From: Patescibacteria group bacterium
GTDB taxonomy: Bacteria > Patescibacteriota > UBA1384 > XYA2-FULL-43-10 > 1-14-0-10-43-13
DNA length: 64,000 nt
Assembly: GCA_041649155.1 (NCBI GenBank)
Contig: JBAZNP010000002.1
Span: forward strand, 6,640 to 70,639
Direction: 5' to 3'
The notes below the pieces were generated by a model, which saw only the letters and a list, made by a program, of their open reading frames with translations, did no database searches and was not told the origin of the DNA. Positions within the stretch are counted from its first letter, which is position 1; each line of letters starts with the position of its first letter. Positions 19,801 to 30,168 of this stretch are shown here, one piece after another. The translations under genes were made by a program, and so were the position numbers.

Positions 19801-19835
19801 CTATCTATTTGGTTGTCGTTGTTATTTTCGTCCAT
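16809..19835 (-). CDS. gyrA: DNA gyrase subunit A with acidic N-terminal and long low-complexity C-terminal extensions
   Basis: [28 protein letters not shown] and catalytic Tyr region; 1008 aa against a typical ~830. The first ~60 aa are D/E-rich and the last ~170 aa are K/D/E/P-rich. Confidence 0.95.
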   Translation of the reverse strand: [1008 protein letters not shown]

Positions 19836-19905
19836 ATATATTCCTTTTGTAATTGCTCATTGATCGGTTTTCTCTTAACCATTGAAAATAGCTTGGTAAA
19901 TATTT

Positions 19906-22017
<2,112 letters not shown>

Positions 22018-22124
22018 TCAAATAATTTGAAACCAACAAAATATATCAAGATTTTGTGGTCTCTCTTACTTATTTATATACTATCACTCTTCTTCATCTG
22101 CTTCAAGCTAATTTTATAGTAAAA

Positions 22125-22188
22125 GGTAGAAAGGCAGAGAATGGAAGGTAGAAAGCAGAGAGTGGAAGGTGGAGAGCAGAAGAAGAAA
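22125..22188. repeat. Three tandem ~21-22-nt repeats in the gyrB upstream region
   Basis: ggtagaaaggcagagaatggaa / ggtagaaagcagagagtggaa / ggtggagagcagaagaagaaa. The minus strand (the gyrB leader sense) is pyrimidine-rich with CTTCCAC/CTTCCAT motifs. Confidence 0.7.
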
Positions 22189-22304
22189 TATCAATCTTCC
22201 TTAAGTTACGAAATTGTGAGCCCTTGTCAAATTTCGACGGTTGCAAGCGCATGGAGCCTTGAGAGCGCCTAGAAATTTGATGGGGGTGAGCGTAATTTCG
22301 TAAC

Positions 22305-24503
22305 TTAAAGTATTTTTTTAAACTTAATCTTAATCGTTTTATCTTGATCAAGATTGAATTTAATCAAGATTTTTTTATTTTTTTTATCAAAATTCTGGAC
22401 ATTTTGGGGCTCAAAATTATCCGGATAATTTAATTCAAATTCCACATTATCAGTCGGCGCGCCAGGCTGCTTTTGAAAAGTTATTGAATAATTGAAGTCA
22501 CTATCAGTATCGACTGAATAACTGGGCGTATAATTTATCTTAACTTCACTTTTTTCTTTTGGCTTTGTGCTCATCCAAAAATTAACTATTTTTTTGCCAT
22601 AATCATCGCTTGTCCAAAAGGCTTTTCCATCTTTCAACCCCTTGTCAAACATTTGCTCGAAATAGCCCTGAACCGTTTCAAAATTAGTAACTTCTGAATT
22701 TTGCGGAATTAAAAAACGAATAAAATTTTTATTTAGCCCATCTGGCCATACATCAGATCCCGTATGATAACGAATTAGATCAACAAAATCGACAACCCCG
22801 CCTTCAGCAGAAATAGTAGTGGAAAATTTAAGTGATTCTTCCATGCTTAAACTGCTTTTAAGACCATCAAGATTTGAATTATTCACGTAAATATAGTCCC
22901 CGACTGACGGATAAACATTAGCCGAATAATTTAAATCAGCCAGCCTCTTCTCAAATTCTTCATTAGTAAAATATAACGTAATGTCTTTTTGCTTTAGTGA
23001 TTTTGACAATGATGCAAATATGGCAGGAGAAGTTTCCGTGTCTTTCAGCGCCGAAAAAAGTTTATCAAGAAATTTTGGCATCATAAGAGACAATATTTTT
23101 TTAGGTTCGTTTTCTTCCTTGTCGCCCTCCCTGTCAAAATATCCCTTGTGAACCTCGTATTCTACTTCATCTTTGAAGTTATCAGCATTAATATTTTTAC
23201 CTAGTTCTGAAACCTCTATCGTACCAACCTCCTTTAAAAGAGAGGTAAACGCCGTGGTATCAATCATCATAACCCCGTCTGCACTGTTTCCTGTTTCCTG
23301 ATTATAAAACCACAAAATCCTTTCCATTGCCTTCGGACCGTCAACATCCCACCCTGAATCCTTCATTGTTAAAGCACTATCCGGCATTAACCATTTTAGT
23401 TCATCTGGAGCTGTAATTTTAGTCTTATCCCTAAAAGCTTGATCGATTTTGTAAATATTAATTCCAAAATCAATGCCAGTTAAACTCCCTTCTTTAAAAT
23501 GAGCTACACCAAACGAACCGAGAGATCCTCCACTACCGCCTCGCAACTCGCTATTATTTTGAAACAATATTAATATGTTTTTTTCTTTTCCGTCTGCACC
23601 GGAAAGCCACGTTAGATCCTTCTCCAAAATTACCTGAGAGGAGTCTATAGATTTAATCGTTTTATCGATAACAGAAATCGCGTCATCTACTTCAGCCGCC
23701 TGATCACCTGACAAGCCTTTTCTGGCTAACAAAAGTTCAGTTTTACCATTATTCAACCTGCTCTTTCCATTATTGATCACAGAAATCAATACCTGCTGAT
23801 TGTCTGTGACATTAAATGAAAAACCCAAACCGGAAGTCTTGCTTTCTAAAAAAGAAATATTTGCTAATTGTCCATGGATTACAGATAGGGTATTTATGAT
23901 ATTGTATGATGCATCGAGTAAACGCTCGTTTGCAAGAAGTTTTGAATTGCTAGCTGAAGCTAAGCGAAGATATTGAATGTCCTGTCCCCAAGATTGCGCA
24001 ATTAGTTTGATTTTTCCTATATCTTTCTTTGCTTCGTCAGCCTCCTCCATCGCTCCACCAATATCACCACTATCTATAAGCGAAAAGGATTGCTGTAAAT
24101 GATCTCTTGCCTGTATGGAAAGCTTTTCCGTGCTGCTCTTTGCTGCCGTTATTCTAATTAGTGAAAATAATACAAAAACGCATACCGCTACCGCTATTGC
24201 AAGAGATTTATAGGAATAATTCAATTCAAAATTTATCTTAGAATGCTTAATTGGGTTTTTCGGAGTCTTTTTTAAAAATAGTTTTGTTTTATTTTTAGAA
24301 GAAGCAACCCTCGCAACAAAATCAGCTTTCACATCCCTAATATAATCATCAAAATCCACGTCGCTAGTTTTTTTTGTCCGACTATTTTGAGAATCAAAAT
24401 TGGAGAATTTATCAATATCCTCTTTAACACGCCTCGATTTTATATCGTCAATTCTTGGCAAAACCCCTCCAGGGTTAGTTGTTAGTAAACAAGCCCTCTC
24501 CAT
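22305..24503 (-). CDS. DUF4012-family membrane-anchored protein (large extracytoplasmic domain), head of a glycan locus
   Basis: N-terminal TM helix and the ILILFQNNSELRGGSGGSLGSFGVAHF block characteristic of DUF4012; 732 aa. Confidence 0.65.
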   Translation of the reverse strand: MERACLLTTNPGGVLPRIDDIKSRRVKEDIDKFSNFDSQNSRTKKTSDVDFDDYIRDVKADFVARVASSKNKTKLFLKKTPKNPIKHSKINFELNYSYKSLAIAVAVCVFVLFSLIRITAAKSSTEKLSIQARDHLQQSFSLIDSGDIGGAMEEADEAKKDIGKIKLIAQSWGQDIQYLRLASASNSKLLANERLLDASYNIINTLSVIHGQLANISFLESKTSGLGFSFNVTDNQQVLISVINNGKSRLNNGKTELLLARKGLSGDQAAEVDDAISVIDKTIKSIDSSQVILEKDLTWLSGADGKEKNILILFQNNSELRGGSGGSLGSFGVAHFKEGSLTGIDFGINIYKIDQAFRDKTKITAPDELKWLMPDSALTMKDSGWDVDGPKAMERILWFYNQETGNSADGVMMIDTTAFTSLLKEVGTIEVSELGKNINADNFKDEVEYEVHKGYFDREGDKEENEPKKILSLMMPKFLDKLFSALKDTETSPAIFASLSKSLKQKDITLYFTNEEFEKRLADLNYSANVYPSVGDYIYVNNSNLDGLKSSLSMEESLKFSTTISAEGGVVDFVDLIRYHTGSDVWPDGLNKNFIRFLIPQNSEVTNFETVQGYFEQMFDKGLKDGKAFWTSDDYGKKIVNFWMSTKPKEKSEVKINYTPSYSVDTDSDFNYSITFQKQPGAPTDNVEFELNYPDNFEPQNVQNFDKKNKKILIKFNLDQDKTIKIKFKKIL

Positions 24504-24628
24504 GTCATCCTCGGGCAGGCAACGCCATGGCCAGGGGATCCAGGATAGTAAATCTTAGTGAATTCCCGCCAGATGTTTACCCCGATAAATCATTGGGGCG
24601 GGAATGACAAAACAATTAGCAATTGCTA

Positions 24629-25741
24629 TCAGAGCTTATGGTTCTCCAATATATCTTCTACTGCTTTTTTAAATTCATTTTTAAAGCGATCAACGGAGAA
24701 ATTGTTTGCATGTTGCCTTATTTTTTCTGGATTGAACTTTTTAGAGTCGAAATTCTTTATGGTGTTGATCAAACATTGCGGAGTTTGCTCATCAAAAAAT
24801 ATTCCCGTAACACCATCGACAACAGTTTCCATGGCACCTCCGCCACGATACGCAATGACAGGTCGCCCTGACGCCATTGCTTCAACAGGCACTATGCCAA
24901 AGTCTTCCTCAGCTGGAAAAATGAAAGCTTTAGCCTCAGAGTAATACTTTTTCATATCATCATCTGAAACGAATCCAAGAAATTCAATATTAGATTTGGC
25001 CCGTTTTTTAAGCATGCTTTCATCTGGACCAGAGCCAATAATTTTTAATGGCAGACAGAGATCATTAAAAGCATCAATTACAAGGTCGCACTTTTTATAA
25101 TTTACTAATCTGCTAACAAACAAGTAATAGCCTTTTATATCTTGCGGTGGAGCAACTTTAAATCTGTCTACATCAACTGGTGGATAAATAACTTGAGATT
25201 CCCGATCGTAATACTTTTTAATACGGTTTGCGACATATTTTGAGTTAGCAAAGAAATAATCGACCCGATCGGCTGCTACCCTGTCCCAAATTCTCATTTC
25301 ATGGGCAACTTTGTTTCTTAGAAAAGAAAATTTACCTCTTCGGGCTCTAGGATCAACGTTCGCTTCCCATAAATAACGTGGTGGAGTGTTGCAATATGAA
25401 ATATGTATTGTGTCTGGTTTTGTTATTACGCCTTTAGCTGCCATGCTGGTATTGGAAATTATAACATCATACTTTGCAAGATCGAATTGCTCAAAAGCAA
25501 AGGGGGTAAAAGGAACTAAAAATTCTCTTCTTGATCTCATGAAAGGTAACTTTTGTAAAATCGAAGTCCTGACATCAAATTTCGCAAAAGGCTTAGCTTT
25601 ATTGGAATCGAAAACCGAAGTAAAAATCGGCGCTTTGGGATACATTTCCTTAAGCGCTAGAAGCACCCTCTCCGAACCGGCTACATTTGTAAGCCATTCA
25701 TGAACGAGAGCGATATTCATATTTTCCACCGAATGTTTCAC
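24629..25741 (-). CDS. Glycosyltransferase family 4 (GT-B, glycosyl transferase group 1)
   Basis: EDFGIVPVEAMASGRPVIAYRGGGAMETV, the C-terminal GT4 EX7E-type signature; 370 aa. Confidence 0.85.
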   Translation of the reverse strand: MKHSVENMNIALVHEWLTNVAGSERVLLALKEMYPKAPIFTSVFDSNKAKPFAKFDVRTSILQKLPFMRSRREFLVPFTPFAFEQFDLAKYDVIISNTSMAAKGVITKPDTIHISYCNTPPRYLWEANVDPRARRGKFSFLRNKVAHEMRIWDRVAADRVDYFFANSKYVANRIKKYYDRESQVIYPPVDVDRFKVAPPQDIKGYYLFVSRLVNYKKCDLVIDAFNDLCLPLKIIGSGPDESMLKKRAKSNIEFLGFVSDDDMKKYYSEAKAFIFPAEEDFGIVPVEAMASGRPVIAYRGGGAMETVVDGVTGIFFDEQTPQCLINTIKNFDSKKFNPEKIRQHANNFSVDRFKNEFKKAVEDILENHKL

Positions 25742-27122
25742 GAACCACCAACACTAATGTTTTAATAATTATTTTGAAATCAAACCATAAAGACCAATTT
25801 TCTATATAGAATATGTCATACCTAACACGCTCTTTAATTGAGGTGTCACCTTTAAGACCGTTAACTTGTGCCCATCCGGTCAATCCTGCTTTTACTCGAC
25901 GTCGTCTGAAATATTCCGGAATTTCATTTTCAAATTTTTGTACAAGTTTTGGCTGCTCCGGTCTTGGTCCGACAAAACTCATTTCGCCAGATAATATATT
26001 CCAGAGCTGTGGCAACTCGTCTAAATTTGTCTTTCGCAATATCTTCCCCAAAGAAGTGATCCGCTCTTTCTCATCATTTGCTGTAGTCCATTTTGAACCG
26101 CCATTTGAAAAATCACACTTATCTAAATACATTGATCTAAATTTATAACATCTAAATTTTTTACCGTCCCTTCCAATTCGATCATGATAATAAAAAATAG
26201 GACCTCTTGAAGTCAGAAGCTGCAAAAACATTACAAAAACAAATATAGGCGATAGTAAGGCTAACAAAAAAAACGCAAAAACAAAGTCGGATATCCTTTT
26301 TAGGATTCTGCCCCAACCATCCAATGGAATTGGTCTTAGCTCCATTACGGGCATGGATCCCAAAAGACCAGAGGAAACATTTAATGTCATCAACGATAGC
26401 GTGTCTGGGATATATTTAAAAACAACATTATGATCTGAACAAATCTGAATTAGTTCAATAATTTTTGACTTACTTAAAGCAACATCTGTTAAAATGATTT
26501 CATCAATTTGATGTTTAGATATCTTGTCCTTAAGATCTCTGATTCTACCGATGATCTTTAATCCATGTTTGCTTGGCTCAAAATCATTATTTAAGACCCC
26601 GAAAACTCTATATCCTGCTCCAACATTGCCTGACACGTAATTAATAATATTAGATGAAGTACTATTATCCCCAATTAATATCATTTTTCGTTCGCCCACC
26701 CCAAATTTTAATAGATCCTTCTGGACCAGATGGACAATGGTCCTACCGAAAGATATTGTTATAATACTAGTCACCCATGTAAATACCAAGATCAATCTGG
26801 AAAAAAACAACGATCTGGAAAGAAAAATTCCAACGATTAAAAGCAGTATTGAAATTGATGAAGCGTTAAAAATTTTGAAGATTTCTGACCAAAAACTTCT
26901 TGATGTCTTAATATTATAAAGACCATGAGAGGCGAAAAGGGTAATCCATATGGGTATTAAATAAATAGAATAACGAAGATATTCCTCGAGACCAATATTA
27001 GAAAAGACCGAAACAGTCTCTAGATCAGCCCTTAAATAATAAGCCACAACAAAAGAAGCGATTATCATTGCTATGTCAACCGGAACGAGAATGAAAGCAA
27101 AAAACAGTTCAGAGCGTTTCAT
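25698..27122 (-). CDS. Polyprenyl-phosphate sugar-1-phosphate transferase (WbaP/bacterial sugar transferase family)
   Basis: Five N-terminal TM helices plus C-terminal PIFYYHDRIGRDGKKFRCYKFRSM ... DELPQLWNILSGEMSFVGPRP. Start placed at M35/M37 of the track ORF. Confidence 0.85.
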   Translation of the reverse strand: MKRSELFFAFILVPVDIAMIIASFVVAYYLRADLETVSVFSNIGLEEYLRYSIYLIPIWITLFASHGLYNIKTSRSFWSEIFKIFNASSISILLLIVGIFLSRSLFFSRLILVFTWVTSIITISFGRTIVHLVQKDLLKFGVGERKMILIGDNSTSSNIINYVSGNVGAGYRVFGVLNNDFEPSKHGLKIIGRIRDLKDKISKHQIDEIILTDVALSKSKIIELIQICSDHNVVFKYIPDTLSLMTLNVSSGLLGSMPVMELRPIPLDGWGRILKRISDFVFAFFLLALLSPIFVFVMFLQLLTSRGPIFYYHDRIGRDGKKFRCYKFRSMYLDKCDFSNGGSKWTTANDEKERITSLGKILRKTNLDELPQLWNILSGEMSFVGPRPEQPKLVQKFENEIPEYFRRRRVKAGLTGWAQVNGLKGDTSIKERVRYDIFYIENWSLWFDFKIIIKTLVLVVRETFGGKYEYRSRS

Positions 27123-27245
27123 AATCATTATTATATTCCAAAAAACGATCAGATTCAATGTTAGAACTTTTTTAATAACTAAAATAGTCCAAACCCGAAG
27201 ATCTGGACATTTTAGTGTTATCAAAAACAAAAACTTTATCTATGA

Positions 27246-27389
27246 CTAGGCAGCTTTTCCAATTCTGAACATTTTAGTACCACAAACTGGACAAATACCT
27301 TGTGTGGCAGGTTTGCCGTTTTTCATAGTAACAGCTACTGTATCTTTCATCTCTTGTTTAGCTTTACATTTAACGCAATATGCTTCCAT
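27246..27389 (-). CDS. Small zinc-ribbon protein (47 aa, CxxC...CxxC); missed by the 60-aa ORF track
   Basis: Reverse translation MEAYCVKCKAKQEMKDTVAVTMKNGKPATQGICPVCGTKMFRIGKAA, with a GGAGGTGA Shine-Dalgarno 7 nt upstream. Confidence 0.6.
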   Translation of the reverse strand: MEAYCVKCKAKQEMKDTVAVTMKNGKPATQGICPVCGTKMFRIGKAA

Positions 27390-27637
27390 TTTTTTCACCT
27401 CCTCCCAAAAGAAATTAATATTGGTGCATCTAAGTTAATCTCACTATATCATTTTATTGGTCACGACTTACGCTTGTCAAGAAGAAATTAAGCTTATTTT
27501 AAAGTTATAAATATTTCCACGATCCAACAATCTAAATATTACTGTCCAGAACTACATAATATCAATTAGTTGAGAAAACTAGTTTAGAAATTAGAAATTA
27601 GAAATTAGAAATTTTCTTTGGGTTATCCCCAATGTAA

Positions 27638-28084
27638 TCACTCTGAAAATCCTACTATTCCTGCAAGTTCGGCTAATGTTCTCTCGCCAGCATACTGCTT
27701 GCCTTCATATATCCAGGTCGGATAGATACTGATTTCCAGAGCAAGGCATTCATCCGGATTAGCGTTTAATCCTGAAGCATCACATTCCACATAATCCAAA
27801 TATTGTGATGAAGCTTTAAATAGCTCTTTTTGATCGAGACTTCCCTTGGATTGATATGAACCATACAAAACCATACCTTTTTCATTCAAAAATCTGGCAA
27901 GACGTTCCGTATAGTCTTCACCTTGAATAGTGGTGCTTCCGGCCACATCACCCTCACTGGTTTTAATAATTCCTGTGTTAATGTCTTTTTTGTCCTGTTC
28001 TTTAGACAGAAAAAAAGTTGCGAACAAGGCAGCCACAACAATGAACGTAATTAAAAAAAGTAAACTTTTCCAATTCGCTTTCAT
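27638..28084 (-). CDS. Hypothetical membrane-anchored/secreted protein
   Basis: N-terminal TM or signal (LLFLITFIVVAALFATFFL); 148 aa. Some thioredoxin-fold flavour (IYPTWIYEGKQY) but no CxxC motif. Confidence 0.45.
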   Translation of the reverse strand: MKANWKSLLFLITFIVVAALFATFFLSKEQDKKDINTGIIKTSEGDVAGSTTIQGEDYTERLARFLNEKGMVLYGSYQSKGSLDQKELFKASSQYLDYVECDASGLNANPDECLALEISIYPTWIYEGKQYAGERTLAELAGIVGFSE

Positions 28085-28145
28085 ATGCCTCCTTTTTAGA
28101 ACTGAGAATTTAGAGCTTTGAACTTAGGCTATTTTCTTACACCTA

Positions 28146-28751
28146 TTAATTGTAGGTGATATTTTCTTCCCCGTCAAAGACAAACCCTTTATCTGATATT
28201 TCATAAGAGCTTCTTATTGAGCTAGTCAAAGGATTCAAATCGTAGTTTCTTTGATCAATTATGAGTTTAGTTTTTCCGTTGTCTTCACTGAAATGAAAAT
28301 ATGGCACGTCAGTAGTAATGTTTTCACTAGTCGATTCTCTTACAAACGGAATAATTGAGAAATGATTATCTAGATACTTGATGACTTGAATATTCTGGCT
28401 ATGCACACCCACATTCCCCATCAGGCAGATGGCTTCATTATCGTTCTGTAGCTTAACAACCTTTTGTTTGCACAACAATATCTCTTCTTCAAACCCCGAA
28501 AGTTTAATTTTATGTTTTGAGCCGAAAAGATTATTTTTAACTAAAAAATATTGATATTCATTATTGTTTTGATATTTTTCAATAGAAAATTTCTCTGAAT
28601 GTTCATTAATAGTGACTTCAACCTTTTTAGACGACACCGGCTTACCTTCATTATTTGAATCAGCAAAAATGTAGTTTTTGCAAGTAAACACAAAAACCAG
28701 CACTAAAAATACTAAGAATATGATTTGTCTTATTTTTGCCCGACGTGTCAC
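28146..28751 (-). CDS. Hypothetical secreted protein
   Basis: GTG start with an AGGAGG Shine-Dalgarno and an N-terminal hydrophobic segment; 201 aa. Confidence 0.5.
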   Translation of the reverse strand: MTRRAKIRQIIFLVFLVLVFVFTCKNYIFADSNNEGKPVSSKKVEVTINEHSEKFSIEKYQNNNEYQYFLVKNNLFGSKHKIKLSGFEEEILLCKQKVVKLQNDNEAICLMGNVGVHSQNIQVIKYLDNHFSIIPFVRESTSENITTDVPYFHFSEDNGKTKLIIDQRNYDLNPLTSSIRSSYEISDKGFVFDGEENITYN

Positions 28752-28830
28752 CTGCCTCCTAATTATATTTAATACAATGATAACATAACGCTTGTTACTA
28801 TCAAGCGCTGATCACACAAGAGAGATGCAC

Positions 28831-28907
28831 TTTCCACTTTCCACTTTCCACTTTCCACTTTCCACTTTCCACCTTCCACCTTCCACCCTCCACCCTCTAC
28901 CTTCCAC
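28831..28907. repeat. Heptanucleotide microsatellite: 6 perfect TTTCCAC units plus 5 degenerate units (CTTCCAC, CCTCCAC, CCTCTAC)
   Basis: Seen directly; 11 tandem 7-mers. It lies about 80 nt upstream of the 28146..28751 gene start and just downstream of the polyprenyl synthase stop. Confidence 0.9.
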
Positions 28908-28909
28908 TA

Positions 28910-29977
28910 TTAGTAGTCTCTTTCGGCCATATATTTTGCGACTCCGATAAAAAAATCTTTACTCTTATTTTTCATATTAGAAGATTCAATCGATTTGATC
29001 GCTTTTTGAACATATTTCTGAACAATTTCCTTTGACCTGTCCAATGCACCTGTTTCAATAACAATCTTTCTGACTTGTTCCAATTCTGAAAATCCAACTG
29101 CAGAATTACCTAGGTTTTTAACTATAATCTTTCTTTGCTTATGATCGGCATATTTTAATGCGTCTAATGTCAATAGTGTTTTTTTGCCTTCTCTCAGATC
29201 GGAAAAAGTGGATTTCCCCAACTTTTCTTCAGAACCAAACATGCCTAAAATATCATCCTGAATTTGAAATGCAACACCAAGTGACACTATATATGTATCT
29301 AATTTCTTAAGCTTTGTCTCATCTGCTCCAGCTAAAATTGCTCCCATTTTTATAGGACCGCTAAAAGTATAGGGAACTGTTTTTAGCTTGTGGATAAGTA
29401 CCACATCCCTTTCTGCTATTCCATTTTGTGCTTCTGAATAGATATCTAAAAATTCACCATAAAATTCCAGAGCGTATACTTGGTTAAACTCTTTAAGCGC
29501 ACGAACAACGTTCTTCGGTTTAAATTTACTGTTAGCGATTATTTCATTGCTCATTGAACATGCCAAATCACCTGCCAATAATGCTCCAGAAATACCAAAA
29601 AGCCTTTTATCAACTTCTTTATCAAACTGATCAGCATTTTTTTCAAATGACTTGTGCGCAGTCGGACCACCGCGCCTTAAAGAATCGTTGTCAATGATAT
29701 CATCGTGAATTAGAAGGAATGTTTGCATCAGCTCCATAGCCATTGATACTGTCAGAGCCTCTTTTTCGTCCTTGCCGCCATGTGCCAAATAACTATAATA
29801 GAAAAGAGCAGCCCGGATTCTCTTACCACCTCGCATCGTCATATCTTCAACTGCTTCAGATAGCATTTTCAATTCCAAAGAAATCTTAGCGCTTTCTTTG
29901 ATTTGCCCATTCAAATACTTACAAAGGACTTTCTCTAACTCAGTCTTAAATTTTTTAAGCTCAGTTCTAATATCCAT
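28910..29977 (-). CDS. Polyprenyl diphosphate synthase (trans-isoprenyl diphosphate synthase family)
   Basis: First DDxxD motif LIHDDIIDND and second FQIQDDILG. Start set at MDIRTELKK (ATG at 29977). Confidence 0.85.
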   Translation of the reverse strand: MDIRTELKKFKTELEKVLCKYLNGQIKESAKISLELKMLSEAVEDMTMRGGKRIRAALFYYSYLAHGGKDEKEALTVSMAMELMQTFLLIHDDIIDNDSLRRGGPTAHKSFEKNADQFDKEVDKRLFGISGALLAGDLACSMSNEIIANSKFKPKNVVRALKEFNQVYALEFYGEFLDIYSEAQNGIAERDVVLIHKLKTVPYTFSGPIKMGAILAGADETKLKKLDTYIVSLGVAFQIQDDILGMFGSEEKLGKSTFSDLREGKKTLLTLDALKYADHKQRKIIVKNLGNSAVGFSELEQVRKIVIETGALDRSKEIVQKYVQKAIKSIESSNMKNKSKDFFIGVAKYMAERDY

Positions 29978-30107
29978 ATTAATATAATACTCTAACGAGC
30001 AAATTTTATTAAATAACATAAAATTTATGGATACTGCCGACTCCACGCCGGCGGTTTCTAGGCTTCGAAACTCTGAGTCCCTGGTCCTCAATAAAGGAAT
30101 AAATTGC

Positions 30108-30156
30108 TATGCTTTTAAACGAAAACAAGTATTCCCCGAGCGTAACACGCTCGGGG
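30108..30156 (-). terminator. Terminator after the M48 peptidase gene (hairpin also usable on the plus strand with T7)
   Basis: CCCCGAGCG-taaca-CGCTCGGGG at 30134-30156, with T-rich flanks on both sides. Confidence 0.55.
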
Positions 30157-30168
30157 AATATGGTTTTT

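Noticed and set aside
30020-30110. GC-rich segment in the polyprenyl synthase upstream region as a tRNA, SRP RNA or tmRNA fragment
   Set aside because: I could not fit a cloverleaf or the SRP domain IV motif. It contains palindromes (CGCCGGCG, TTCGAA) and may be a leader structure, but the evidence is insufficient to call it.
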